In this document: positions 8,828 through 19,449 of the stretch, one piece after another | How the letters are laid out: each line of letters starts with the position of its first letter | Numbering within the stretch: the first letter of the stretch is position 1 | Assembly: GCA_051439605.1 (NCBI GenBank) | Contig: JBFRWN010000098.1 | Span: forward strand, 32,001 to 96,000 | Direction: 5' to 3' | From: Synechococcus sp. | GTDB taxonomy: Bacteria; Cyanobacteriota; Cyanobacteriia; Thermostichales; PCC-7336 | Length of the DNA: 64,000 bases | Made by a program: the position numbers and the translations under genes | Notes under the pieces: generated by a model | Databases searched by the model: none | Seen by the model: only the letters and a program-made list of their open reading frames with translations | What the model was told of the DNA's origin: nothing

Positions 8828-11236
8828 TTGATTACGTCACTCGATCTTTCAATTCCCACTGCACCCAATATCCGTGCCGAAGCCCTAGAACTGCTGGAGT
8901 GGGGTCGATTGTGTTCGCAATTAGCTACATTTGCTGCCACCCGTTTGGGCGATCGCGCCTGTCAAGAACTGTCCCCCTGGATGTCGCGACAGGAAAGCGA
9001 GACTTTGCTGGCCCTGACCCAAGAGACACTCTCATTAGACCTGAAGATCCCAGGCGGTATTCCAATGCTGGGGATTTATCCGCTGGAACCATTTCTGCAG
9101 CGCTCCGAGCGGGGGGGGGTCCTGCACGGACATAACTTGCTAGAGGTGGCCAGTACTCTGGCAGGAGCACGCAAGCTGCGACGAGTACTGGATGAAGGGG
9201 AAGAGGTACTGTTACTGCAGGATGCCGTAGAAAGCATCCGCACCTATCCGGACCTAGAGCAAGCTATCAATCACTGCATTGACGATCGCGGTGAAGTGAC
9301 GGAGAGGGCAAGCGATAAGTTAAGTGGCTTGCGCAGCAATATTCGCACCATTCGCAGCCGCATGCGAGAAAAACTACAGAATATTCTTTCCGTCAAAAGC
9401 AACGCCGTTCAGGAGATGGTGGTGACCGAACGGGATGGTCGATACGTGATTCCCGTCAAGGCCACTCACCGAGATGCCATCAAAGGGTTAGTGCATGACA
9501 GCTCTGCCAGCGGGGCCACGCTGTTTGTGGAACCCCATAGCGTGGTGGGGGATAACAACAAGTTGCGAGAGTTGCAGGGGCAAGCGAAGCGGGAAGAAGA
9601 ACGCATCCTGAGGGAGTTGAGCGAGCAGGTGGGTGCGGTAGCGGACGATTTACGTCATCTAGAGGGGATTCTGACCCAGATCGACGTAGCGATCGCCCGG
9701 GCTCGCTACAGCCTGTGGTTGGGGGCTCACCCCCCTAAATTTGGCGAGACCCTGTCGCTGCGCCAGGTGCGTCACCCACTGTTGTTGTGGCAGTCGCAGC
9801 GGGAATCGGAGGAACCGTTTGACGTCATCCCCATCGACCTAACGATTGCTCCTGAAAAAAGAGCGGTCGTGATTACGGGACCGAACACGGGGGGGAAAAC
9901 CGTTACCCTTAAGACTTTGGGGTTGATGGTTTTGATGGCGAAGGCCGGTATTTTTCTGCCGGCCAAAGAGCCTGTACAACTGCCTTGGTTTGATGGGGTA
10001 TTTGCCGATATTGGTGACGAGCAGTCTCTGCAACAGAGCCTGTCCACGTTTTCGGGTCACATTCGCCGCATTGGTCGTATTTTGGCCACCCTTAATGACG
10101 ATGCGTTGGTACTGCTGGATGAAGCGGGGGCGGGCACCGATCCCAACGAAGGGGCCGCTTTGGCGGCCTCCCTACTGGCACATTTAGCGCAGCAGGCCCG
10201 TTTGACGGTGGCAAGCACCCATTATGGGGATTTGAAAGCGTTGAAATATCAAAACCCAGCGTTCGAGAATGCATCCGTAGAGTTTGACGCGGAGACTTTA
10301 GCCCCCACCTATCGACTCATGTGGGGAATTCCAGGGCGATCGCATGCGTTGTCCGTGGCCAGTCGCTTAGGACTAAATAGCGAGGTGATCGAAGATGCCA
10401 AGGGCCGATTGGGGGATGACAGCTACCAGGTGGATACAGCGATCGCTGGTTTAGAAAAGCAGCGGGCACAGCAGGAAGAAAAATTACAGCAACTTTACCA
10501 ATTGCAGGGCCAGCTCGAGCAACTGCAGCAGAAAATGGAAGACCGAGCCAAAGAGATTTCAGCTCGTGAGGCGGCTCTCGAAACCGAAAAAAAAGTGGCG
10601 ATTGAACATGCGATTCGGTCTGCCAAGGGGGAGGTGGCCTCGGTGGTAAGACGGTTGCAGAAGGGGGATGTGAAGGGGAAGGATGCCCATAAAGCCACGC
10701 AAGACTTGAAGCGGATTGCCAAGCAAACGAAGAAGGCGGAGCCCCAGCCGGTTGCGACAGAATTCTATCCGCAGGTAGGCGATCGCGTGCGGCTGAGGGG
10801 TCTCAATCAAATTGGAGAAATTGTTGCAGTTGATGGAGAGGAATTTACCGTTCGCAGTGGCATTTTGAAGTTCAGTTTGGGGCTGGCCAAAATCGAGCCG
10901 CTGGACGAAGCACAAGAGAAAAAGCGCCAGCGACTGAAGAGCACAGCGGCATCCCAAGCCATCGATCGACAACCCTCCGCCCAAACAGTGAAGGTGCGTA
11001 CCAGCAAAAACACCGTCGATATTCGCGGTCAGCGTGTAGCGGATGCTGAAATGATGCTGGATGACTGGATTGCCAACGCCTTGCCGGGTCCTGTCTGGAT
11101 TATTCACGGTCACGGCACCGGAAAACTACGCCAGGGGGTACACCGGTTCCTCAAGCAGCACGCTCGCGTGACCCAGTTTGAGGCAGCAGAAGCCGCAGAT
11201 GGGGGAACCGGTTGCACCGTAGCTCAACTGACATAA
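8828..11236 (+). CDS. mutS2: Endonuclease MutS2
   Basis: ITGPNTGGKT Walker A, DIGDEQSLQQSLSTFSGH, LLDEAGAGTDP, C-terminal Smr domain (IIHGHGTGKLR). Confidence 0.95.
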   Translation: MITSLDLSIPTAPNIRAEALELLEWGRLCSQLATFAATRLGDRACQELSPWMSRQESETLLALTQETLSLDLKIPGGIPMLGIYPLEPFLQRSERGGVLHGHNLLEVASTLAGARKLRRVLDEGEEVLLLQDAVESIRTYPDLEQAINHCIDDRGEVTERASDKLSGLRSNIRTIRSRMREKLQNILSVKSNAVQEMVVTERDGRYVIPVKATHRDAIKGLVHDSSASGATLFVEPHSVVGDNNKLRELQGQAKREEERILRELSEQVGAVADDLRHLEGILTQIDVAIARARYSLWLGAHPPKFGETLSLRQVRHPLLLWQSQRESEEPFDVIPIDLTIAPEKRAVVITGPNTGGKTVTLKTLGLMVLMAKAGIFLPAKEPVQLPWFDGVFADIGDEQSLQQSLSTFSGHIRRIGRILATLNDDALVLLDEAGAGTDPNEGAALAASLLAHLAQQARLTVASTHYGDLKALKYQNPAFENASVEFDAETLAPTYRLMWGIPGRSHALSVASRLGLNSEVIEDAKGRLGDDSYQVDTAIAGLEKQRAQQEEKLQQLYQLQGQLEQLQQKMEDRAKEISAREAALETEKKVAIEHAIRSAKGEVASVVRRLQKGDVKGKDAHKATQDLKRIAKQTKKAEPQPVATEFYPQVGDRVRLRGLNQIGEIVAVDGEEFTVRSGILKFSLGLAKIEPLDEAQEKKRQRLKSTAASQAIDRQPSAQTVKVRTSKNTVDIRGQRVADAEMMLDDWIANALPGPVWIIHGHGTGKLRQGVHRFLKQHARVTQFEAAEAADGGTGCTVAQLT

Positions 11237-11284
11237 GCTGGAGTCTCTGGTGACACCCAAGCTCTTCAAACATCGAATTGCTCT

Positions 11285-11944
11285 TCAGCTTGCAGGGGAG
11301 GGATTTTTGTCGTCTAGCTTCTGACCAATACGGGGTTCGGTGCCAGACAAGATTCGTGAAATGTTGCTGCGATGGCGCACGATCACATAAATTCCGCCAA
11401 TGGCTGAAAACCCAATATAGGGCCAGGGCACGCTGAAAACTGCCATCAATATCGGGGCAGACACCGCCGCCAAGATCGAGCTGATGGACACAATCCGTCC
11501 GATCCCCAAAGTAGCGAGCCATACTCCCAGAACGGTTAGCCCCACTGGCCATGCGATCGCCAACAAAATACCCAAACTGGTTGCGGCAGATTTCCCGCCT
11601 TTGAAGTTCATCCACATTGATTTGCTGTGGCCTACGATCGCCAGCAGTGCCGCCAAGATGACACACCAGGGTAAGACCAACTCGGGTCTTGGGGAAAGCA
11701 GCTCGATCGCGATTGCCTGCGCCGCCCACACAGCCGCTGCCCCTTTGAGTAAATCTACAATGAGGACGAAGAGTGCGGGACCCTTGCCCAACGTTCGCAG
11801 GGTATTGGTGGCTCCCGTCGAGCCCGACCCCTCCTCCCGCAGGTCAACTCCGGCGATCGCCCGACCCAGCCAATAGCCTGTGGGAATCGAACCCATTAGA
11901 TATCCAACAACGGCACATACAACTAACGCGATTGCTACGGCCAT
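11285..11944 (-). CDS. plsY: Glycerol-3-phosphate acyltransferase PlsY
   Basis: YLMGSIPTG, DLREEGSGSTGATNTLR, GHS...FKGGKSAAT, RHRSNISR. Confidence 0.95.
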   Translation of the reverse strand: MAVAIALVVCAVVGYLMGSIPTGYWLGRAIAGVDLREEGSGSTGATNTLRTLGKGPALFVLIVDLLKGAAAVWAAQAIAIELLSPRPELVLPWCVILAALLAIVGHSKSMWMNFKGGKSAATSLGILLAIAWPVGLTVLGVWLATLGIGRIVSISSILAAVSAPILMAVFSVPWPYIGFSAIGGIYVIVRHRSNISRILSGTEPRIGQKLDDKNPSPAS

Positions 11945-12279
11945 CTTGAGTCCGAAGAATTCACCGTCTCGATTGTAGAAAGCAATGGCACAAATATCTT
12001 ATCTGCGTCAATTTCAGAGTGTATCGCCGCATCACTTTAGGTTACTGAGCCTACGCGCTCTCACAAAGATAGGGGTCAAAACTAAATATCGAATGAACTG
12101 CCCTCCAGTCCTCTAAAACGGAGGCTGTCAGCATACTTCATTCCCAAACGAGAAATAGATTTTGCCGTCCTAACTCAGATGCAGCTACGGATGCGCCCTG
12201 CTCCCAGCACCACAAACGCCATGCCATTTAGGGTAAAGGGACTCTGAGGTGTCTCCATCGGAAAATTCCCTTGGACAAT

Positions 12280-13032
12280 CTAGGATTGCTCCATCGTCGC
12301 AAATGCAGCAGTCAGTGCACCTCCCACCTGCCATCCTTGTGAAACGAGGACTTGATATGCCGCCATCAATGTAGAACCGGTTGTATAAATGTCGTCCACC
12401 AGCAGGATCGGTGGATGCAGGCGATCGCAGGATTCCACAGCAAAAGCCAGATCGACGTTCGCAACACGCTTCAGAGGCGAGAGACCAAATTGCGGAACTG
12501 TGGCCTGAACTCGGCGCAATAGGCGGCTCCGCAAGCGATTTCCAGTCACTTCACAGAACGCTCTGGCGATGGTTTCGGCTTGGTTGAATCCGCGCTCCCG
12601 CAGACGCTCGGAATGCAACGGAATGGGCACCACCCACCAGTTGTTCTGTTGACATTGATGGTTGCGATCGCGATCTTGGCCCGACCCTTTTTTCGCCTTC
12701 AGTTGATAGGGGCTCAGCCGCGAATTGCTACTAGCTTGCAGAGGGGGTTGTTTCACCCAACGCTGACCCATCCAACGCCCCAAAGTTTCCCCAATCTCAG
12801 GCTGGTGATTGTACTTCAGACTGCGGAGCGATTGCCGCAGCATCCCTTGATAAAGTCCCCAGCCAACCACAACACAATCTGCAGGAATGGCCAACCGAAC
12901 CACTTGCCAGTCACCCTGCTTGACGGGCTGCAGTTGAGCAGCGCAATCTCGACAAAAACATCCTTCTCCACTGGCGGTTGGTCGTTGGCACAGGGGGCAG
13001 GTAGGGGCGATCAGCCAGTCAAGCCAAGACAT
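12280..13032 (-). CDS. comF: ComF family amidophosphoribosyltransferase-like competence protein
   Basis: N-terminal CPLC...CRDC zinc finger, PIPLHSERLRERGFNQA, LLVDDIYTTGST. ORF is open to a TTG at 13086. Confidence 0.88.
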   Translation of the reverse strand: MSWLDWLIAPTCPLCQRPTASGEGCFCRDCAAQLQPVKQGDWQVVRLAIPADCVVVGWGLYQGMLRQSLRSLKYNHQPEIGETLGRWMGQRWVKQPPLQASSNSRLSPYQLKAKKGSGQDRDRNHQCQQNNWWVVPIPLHSERLRERGFNQAETIARAFCEVTGNRLRSRLLRRVQATVPQFGLSPLKRVANVDLAFAVESCDRLHPPILLVDDIYTTGSTLMAAYQVLVSQGWQVGGALTAAFATMEQS

Positions 13033-13240
13033 GGGTAAACTTTGTTGGGATAAGACGGGTCTAGCAACCTTCACGATGTCAGTCAATAGAGTAGTTGTAT
13101 GAGTTCTGATGGCGTGATGAGTGATGATTTCAGGGATGAACGTTTTGGGGTAAGGTCTTGAGGCTCAGCTCGAACGGGTTTGAGGAAGAAATCGAGGACT
13201 TACCAACTGCTCTGTAACGTTTGGAGACCGCGATCGCCGG

Positions 13241-14278
13241 ATGAAACTTTGGCCGCTAGTCAAATATAGGTGGCAGAAACTCCTGCAGCAGCTATCTGAC
13301 TCGAAGCCTCTGCGCCAGCGCGCGGTGGGGCAAACCAAACAGGGACTAGTGTGGACATACCGGTTAGTCGATCAGGTCACCCGTCAGGCAATCTCCAACC
13401 AAATTTCCACTTCAGCCGCGGAAATGGCCTTCAACGCCATGCTGTCTTTGTTTCCCACTCTGCTGTTAATCGTGGCCGTGCTCGGTAAGTTGGTCAATTC
13501 ATTGGACATGCTCACTACCGTAGCAACTACTCTATTGCAGGCAGTCCCCGGGACGGTGACGTCACTTCTGGAGGAAGCGTTGCTAGAACTGTCGGCGGGA
13601 GCCGATCGGCAAGTATTCTCTCTTGGTGCAATTACTCTGCTGTGGGTGGCCTCAGCATTCTTGGCACCTGTTATTCGGGCATTGAATAACTCTTACAACG
13701 TTCCCCTGAGCGCGCGTCGCCCTTGGTGGCTGAATCGCCTCCTAGCGATCGGCATATTTATTGGCACGATGGGATTACTGTTCACCTCTTCCATCCTGCT
13801 GTTGGTAGGCCAGACACTTCTGGGGTGGTGGGGGGCAGATCGTGCGGGGTGGAGCGAGTTCATGGTGTTCTTTGGTCAAATAAGTTTGTGGCCAGTCTCC
13901 ATCGGCAGTGTTGTCCTGGCACTCGCATTTATCTATCGTCTGGCCCCCTCCCAACAACCCCGATATGCGCCCGTATGGCCAGGAGCAGTAGCAGGGGGGG
14001 TCATTTGGCTGGTGGTATCAATGGCCTTTCGTCTATACGTCCGAAGTTTTGGCCGTTATGAAGCCATTTATGGCGGTATTCAAGCAGTCATTGTATTGCT
14101 GTTGTGGCTGTATCTCAGTTCGTTTGGCATTTTGCTAGGAGGAGAGGTCAACGCAGCAATTCATCAGCTCAGGGTGCAACACCGCCGCCAAATGAAGGAC
14201 CCACTGCTATTAGAAGGGAATGAATCCCCCCCGCAATCCTTTCCCTCTAGCACCTACCCAATTCAAGGCAAAAAGTAA
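13241..14278 (+). CDS. YihY/BrkB (virulence factor/ribonuclease BN-like) membrane protein
   Basis: AAEMAFNAMLSLFP, ALNNSY, YEAIYGGIQAVIVLLLWLYLSSFGILLGGEVNA; multiple transmembrane segments. Confidence 0.88.
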   Translation: MKLWPLVKYRWQKLLQQLSDSKPLRQRAVGQTKQGLVWTYRLVDQVTRQAISNQISTSAAEMAFNAMLSLFPTLLLIVAVLGKLVNSLDMLTTVATTLLQAVPGTVTSLLEEALLELSAGADRQVFSLGAITLLWVASAFLAPVIRALNNSYNVPLSARRPWWLNRLLAIGIFIGTMGLLFTSSILLLVGQTLLGWWGADRAGWSEFMVFFGQISLWPVSIGSVVLALAFIYRLAPSQQPRYAPVWPGAVAGGVIWLVVSMAFRLYVRSFGRYEAIYGGIQAVIVLLLWLYLSSFGILLGGEVNAAIHQLRVQHRRQMKDPLLLEGNESPPQSFPSSTYPIQGKK

Positions 14279-14297
14279 CCCATTCTTGCCAAAAGTA

Positions 14298-14348
14298 CTG
14301 TTACTGCAGGTCAAGGAATAGTTCCTATTCCTTGACCTGCAGTAACAG
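14298..14348. repeat. Perfect 24-bp inverted repeat with 3-nt loop
   Basis: CTGTTACTGCAGGTCAAGGAATAG-TTC-CTATTCCTTGACCTGCAGTAACAG. Confidence 0.95.
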
Positions 14349-14498
14349 AAGGGTTGAGAAACGACTGATTTGACTGATTCGAGAAGTGCTGTAGTCGAGC
14401 ACTGGATTTGGAAACATCTAGCGATTGTTAAGGCTCCCGAAAAGGAGCGATGCTAAACTCTGTGAACTGATTTCTTTCGTCTTAACTGTGTAATTCAA

Positions 14499-15737
14499 AT
14501 GGTTCAACCTCTTTCCACAGCGGCGCAGCCGCAAACCACTGCCGATTTGTTCGACCAACACGTGATGGGTACCTACGGTCGCTTCCCAGTGGAACTGGTT
14601 CGAGGTCAAGGAAGATGGGTTTGGGATAGCAAAGGCAAACAATATTTAGATTGCGTAGCAGGCATTGCCACCTGCACACTAGGGCACGCCCACCCCGAAA
14701 TGGTGCAAGCGGTCGCCCAGCAAATGGAAACTCTGCACCACGTTTCCAACCTTTACTACATTCGCCCTCAAGGGGAGCTAGCCGCTTGGCTGACTCAACA
14801 TTCCTGCGCGGACAAAGTCTTTTTCTGCAACTCAGGGGCGGAAGCTAACGAAGCAGCCATCAAGCTGGCTCGCAAACATGCCCACACCGTGCTAAATATC
14901 GACCAGCCTGTCATTCTCACTGCGCATTCCAGCTTTCACGGGCGGACGCTGGCGGCAGTTACCGCCACCGGACAACCCAAGTACCACAAAGGCTTTGCCC
15001 CTATGGTTTCGGGGTTTGACTATATCCCTTTCAACGACATTGCAGGCACCCAAGCTGTACTCGATCGCATGGGCGATCGCGTCTGCGCAGTATTACTCGA
15101 ACCCCTTCAAGGGGAAGGGGGAGTTATTCCCGGAGATCGGGCCTACTTCCAGTGGTTGCGGCAAATCTGCACGGAACGAGGCATCCTGCTCGTGCTGGAT
15201 GAAGTCCAGGTGGGCATGGGTCGCTCGGGCAAGCTGTGGGGCCACGAACAGCTCGAGATCGAACCAGACGCGTTTACATTGGCCAAAGGTCTAGCGGGCG
15301 GTTTCCCGATTGGGGCCTTGCTGTGCAAAGATTCTTGCAATGTCTTCTCCCCCGGCGACCATGCCAGCACCTTTGGTGGCAATCCATTGGCGTGCGCGGT
15401 GGGTTTAGCTGTTGCTCGTCTGGTGGACTCTGAAAACCTCGTTAACAATGCCGCCGATCGCGGACAGCAGCTGCGCCAAGGACTGGCTGACCTCGCCGAT
15501 CGGTTTCCTCTAATTGTGGAAGGGGTACGTGGTTGGGGACTGATTAACGGGTTAGTGGTGAAAATCGCTGCTGGCGATGTGGTCAAACAGGCCTTGCAAA
15601 CGGGCCTGTTACTAGTTCCGGCGGGCAAGCATGTTGTACGTATAGTGCCCCCCCTTAATATCACCGCCGCAGAAATTGAGATTGCTTTAGAGCGACTGGA
15701 ACAGGCGATCGCTGCTTGTGCCCCCCCCACTCACTAG
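14499..15737 (+). CDS. argD: Acetylornithine aminotransferase
   Basis: FFCNSGAEANEAAIKLAR, SFHGRT, EPLQGEGG, DEVQVGMGRSG, TLAKGLAGG, HASTFGGNPLA. Confidence 0.93.
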   Translation: MVQPLSTAAQPQTTADLFDQHVMGTYGRFPVELVRGQGRWVWDSKGKQYLDCVAGIATCTLGHAHPEMVQAVAQQMETLHHVSNLYYIRPQGELAAWLTQHSCADKVFFCNSGAEANEAAIKLARKHAHTVLNIDQPVILTAHSSFHGRTLAAVTATGQPKYHKGFAPMVSGFDYIPFNDIAGTQAVLDRMGDRVCAVLLEPLQGEGGVIPGDRAYFQWLRQICTERGILLVLDEVQVGMGRSGKLWGHEQLEIEPDAFTLAKGLAGGFPIGALLCKDSCNVFSPGDHASTFGGNPLACAVGLAVARLVDSENLVNNAADRGQQLRQGLADLADRFPLIVEGVRGWGLINGLVVKIAAGDVVKQALQTGLLLVPAGKHVVRIVPPLNITAAEIEIALERLEQAIAACAPPTH

Positions 15738-15897
15738 GCCAATTCTGAGCGCTAAAAAGCTTCGACCTCAAACAATTGAGCCTGTAGTGGACGTGAAATA
15801 TCCGAGCTAGCCTTGCTGCCTGCGCGGATTTCTTGAGGTTTCAGAAATAATTAGTTCTCTACGCTGCAACCATCGGAGAACACCATTACATCCCTGA

Positions 15898-16365
15898 CTA
15901 CGAACCCAATATCTTCTGTACAATCTGCATCCCGGTAACAGCCTGCCATCCAAAGATGCCCAGCATAGCCACGTTCGAGGCAATATGTAGATTGCGAGCC
16001 CATTCTTTCCCCTGCTGCATCAGAGGAGACATCCCCGCAGCCACAGCAACCAGTGCCATCATTCCCAAACCGGCCAGCAGGTGAGGTCCAACAAAGAGCT
16101 TGCCGTTATTGATGTAGGTGACGGCCATACCGCCAATCGTTCCACCCACAACCAGCACGAGGTAAAGAGAACCGATCAAGAAATGCTTTTGCGCAGGCTT
16201 GGCCTGAATCAGCTGCTTCTTCTCCGCCCCTTTTGCGGAACGAATCTTGCGCACCTGCAAACCCAATTTCAGGGCATAGATCGATAGCCCCAATATCAGC
16301 CACATCATGGCAGGGTGCACGAAATTAAGGGCCTGTTTAAGAATGGGGGAAAGTTGGATGTCCAT
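15898..16365 (-). CDS. DUF4079 membrane protein
   Basis: FVHPAMMW, GGMAVTYINNGKLFVGPHLLAGL, WARNLH, WQAVTGMQIVQKI. Confidence 0.82.
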   Translation of the reverse strand: MDIQLSPILKQALNFVHPAMMWLILGLSIYALKLGLQVRKIRSAKGAEKKQLIQAKPAQKHFLIGSLYLVLVVGGTIGGMAVTYINNGKLFVGPHLLAGLGMMALVAVAAGMSPLMQQGKEWARNLHIASNVAMLGIFGWQAVTGMQIVQKILGS

Positions 16366-16886
16366 GGTTCTGTTGGGGAGAGAAGACAGGGGTTCGGATT
16401 ATTAGGGGGTTCAGCTTTCAGGCCGTAGCTTGAGCTCGAGCGATCGCTCAAGCTTGACCGCAAAGACAAATATTGCCTGTGGAAAACCGCAGCCAAAAGG
16501 CACAACAGCAAACCAGCAGAAGCAGGAGCTTTGCAATAATCATAAACAATTGTAAAGCCTATCTGAAGGGATGTTGACTCCACTAGCGAATCTTGGAGTT
16601 CTCGAGCAAATTCCCTTGGGATAGTAACTTGCAAGGTATTGAGGACATCTTTAAGGAATCGAGAACTCTAACAGGGCAACAAGATTGCTGTCCTAATCAA
16701 AATAGACACAGCACGAGATGGTAGAAAACAGCAGGTGATTCCCGAGCAAAAGTCGGATCTTCTAAGCTGGCAATTCTTCCAAAATCATCTCGAGAGGATA
16801 CGATCCCTACAAGCTGCTCATTGGAAAAATCAGCGCATCTAATGTTGCCCCAGTGGCAGAATCTAGGTCCGTAGAGAATCACCTGT

Positions 16887-18962
16887 ATGAATGCTTCGGC
16901 TCCCGAATCGCAACAGTTTCGCTTCGATCGCCAACTATGGGATCGATTTATAGAGATTGCCCAGCCCTACTTCTATCCGGTGGGCAAAGGGAACACGATT
17001 ACATTCTTTGGATTGCTGTCAGTCATGCTGGTGGCGGTGGTTGCCTTCACCTTCTTATTAACCATCGCCGTCACCTACTTGGGACAAGTCCTCTTCCCTC
17101 CCAGTTTCTTCGAAACCGTCGCCGCTCAATTTGTGGAGCGCATTGACAATGCTATGGCAGCCAAGCTACCTTTTGGCGCTACAGCAGTATTGGCCACCTG
17201 CATCGCCATCTTTGGCCTACATGCCAAGCAGCTTAAAAATCGTTGGTTCCAGTGGGGACTGCTCACCTTCATTGTCTTTTTGCTGTTTGCAGTCACGGGG
17301 CTCAACGTTTGCTTGAGCTTTCTGTTTCGGTTTCTAGACACAACCTTAACGGTGTTCTATGGTGACCCAGAACTCCGCAATGCCGAAGCAGCGGTGGTAG
17401 AGCAAATTCAAGCCATGCACCGCGCCGAGTTCTGGAACCTCCTGCGGTTTTATGGGGTGATTCTGGTGGTTGCCGTGCCTATCCTGATTACCTACACCTT
17501 TTCTCGCCGCCAGCTGCGTCTGCGCTGGAGAAAATGGCTGACGCAACATTTCCTGAATCGATACTTCGAGGACCGTGCCTATTACGAGCTAGACTCTAAC
17601 GCAGCCAATACAGAAATCGACAACCCAGATCAACGGATTGCAGAAGATATCAACTACTTTGCATTGGAAACATTGTCGTTTCTGCTAGATATTTTGGGCT
17701 CCGTACTCGACCTTGTTTCCTTTTCAGCCATTCTGTTCACCATTTCCCTCTCCCTCGCCGGAGGGTTGAGTATCTATGCCGTAGTTGGCACAGTGTTGAT
17801 CGTCTACGTCAGCGCCCGCCTGATTAAGATTAATTTCAACCAGCTGCGCTTGGAGGGGAACTTTCGATACGGCTTGGTACACGTGCGGGACAACGCCGAG
17901 GCGATCGCCTTCTACCAGGGAGAAGAACCCGAAAATTCTCAAGTGCAAACGCGACTGCTGGCCGCCATCCGCAATGCTAATTTGCTGATTATCTGGGAAT
18001 CGATTATCGCAACGTTCACCCGGGCCTATAATCTATTTGCCCGCCTGCTGCCGTACGGTATTGTGGCTCCCATTTACTTTGCGGGCGACATCGATTTTGG
18101 CACCATCGGGCAAGCCAACTTTGCTTTCTTCCAAGTGTTTGGGGCTATTTCTCTAATCATCAATCGCATTGATGCGTTGGCCCGATTTGCAGCCAGCATC
18201 AATCGACTGGGTGAATTTTACGAAATCTTGGATAGACCCACCCATCACTTTGGAGAGCCCGACCTCAATCGACAGATTGAACTTCTGCCAGCACGCAATC
18301 TCGAAATTCGCAATCTCCTACTCAGAACTCCAAATTCCGAGCAGATCTTGACCAATGGCCTTGACTTCAGCCTGCAACCAGGGGAATGTCTGCTGGTTGT
18401 GGGTTCCAGTGGTTGTGGAAAAAGCTCATTAATGAGGGCGATCGCCGGACTATGGACCAATGGCAAGGGCACCATCAAGCGACCTGCTAGAGAATCCACT
18501 GTCTTTTTGCCGCAAAAGCCCTACATGCTGCTAGGCACTTTGCGAGAACAGCTCACCTACCCTAGTCCTCCCAACAGCATTCCTGATGATGAGATTGTCT
18601 TGACCCTGAAAGAAGTTAACCTTGGCGATCTCCCCGAACGCTTTGGAGGGCTGGATGCAGATGAAGACTGGACAGCAGTCTTGTCACTGGGGGAACAGCA
18701 GCGACTGGCTTTTGCCCGTGTCTTGCTGGCACAACCAAAGTACGCAATTCTGGACGAATCCACCAGCGCCCTTGACGTGGCCAACGAACGGTTGCTCTAC
18801 CAGTTGCTCCGTAAAAAAGGCATCACCTACATCAGCGTCGGACACCGCCCTAGCCTGTTGGAATATCACCCCCGGGTCCTGCAAATGGAGAAGGCAGATC
18901 GGGGTGCGCTCTATTCCGCCCCTGAATATCGGGAAATTCTTATTGGCTCCATGATGAAATAA
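16887..18962 (+). CDS. Fused ABC transporter permease/ATPase (ABCD/YddA/SbmA-BacA-like)
   Basis: DNPDQRIAEDI, EGNFRYGLVHVRDNAEAIAFY (EAA-like motif), GSSGCGKSS, LSLGEQQRLAFAR, ILDESTSALD. Confidence 0.9.
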   Translation: MNASAPESQQFRFDRQLWDRFIEIAQPYFYPVGKGNTITFFGLLSVMLVAVVAFTFLLTIAVTYLGQVLFPPSFFETVAAQFVERIDNAMAAKLPFGATAVLATCIAIFGLHAKQLKNRWFQWGLLTFIVFLLFAVTGLNVCLSFLFRFLDTTLTVFYGDPELRNAEAAVVEQIQAMHRAEFWNLLRFYGVILVVAVPILITYTFSRRQLRLRWRKWLTQHFLNRYFEDRAYYELDSNAANTEIDNPDQRIAEDINYFALETLSFLLDILGSVLDLVSFSAILFTISLSLAGGLSIYAVVGTVLIVYVSARLIKINFNQLRLEGNFRYGLVHVRDNAEAIAFYQGEEPENSQVQTRLLAAIRNANLLIIWESIIATFTRAYNLFARLLPYGIVAPIYFAGDIDFGTIGQANFAFFQVFGAISLIINRIDALARFAASINRLGEFYEILDRPTHHFGEPDLNRQIELLPARNLEIRNLLLRTPNSEQILTNGLDFSLQPGECLLVVGSSGCGKSSLMRAIAGLWTNGKGTIKRPARESTVFLPQKPYMLLGTLREQLTYPSPPNSIPDDEIVLTLKEVNLGDLPERFGGLDADEDWTAVLSLGEQQRLAFARVLLAQPKYAILDESTSALDVANERLLYQLLRKKGITYISVGHRPSLLEYHPRVLQMEKADRGALYSAPEYREILIGSMMK

Positions 18963-19449
18963 AGAGCCTTCGTTCCCTAGTTGCCCCCTGCCTTCATCTT
19001 GTCTCTAGTCGGCATGCCATGTTGCCAGCCGGTATCGATCGGCTGCATCTTGTCATTAAAGCTACCGAGATCGATACATAACGAAGGGTTTGGCGAATGA
19101 TAATCCTCAGCGACTTGAAGGCCGCGATATCCCTTCAATCCGCCCCAATCAATTCCAGCCACCCTCTGCATTATGGAACTCGCTTTCCCTCTCGAATTTG
19201 CCAACTTTTTGACCGAGACTTAAGAGCTGCTCCTCGAAGCACCAGCACAACACGTGCCATTTCCCCCGCAATACCTCCACGGCTAAAGGGCAATCAGAAA
19301 AAACTCCTGAGGCGATCGTCAACTTCAGTTAGCGGCTATGCTTGCCTTAATCACATACACTATATGTAGAGCCCTATTGATTTCAAGATCGAATAAAGGC
19401 CCACATGTAGAGTTAAGCCTTATCTCAATGAAGGCTATTTAGTCTGTCA

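Noticed and set aside
9111..9119. G9 tract in mutS2 (and C8 near the argD end) as phase-variation sites
   Set aside because: Both genes are in frame and full length; there is no evidence of switching.
16539..16556. HLR1/RpaB-like repeat TTTACAAT-TG-TTTATGAT (minus strand)
   Set aside because: The second half-site is degenerate and AT-rich matches arise by chance; needs TSS or ChIP data.
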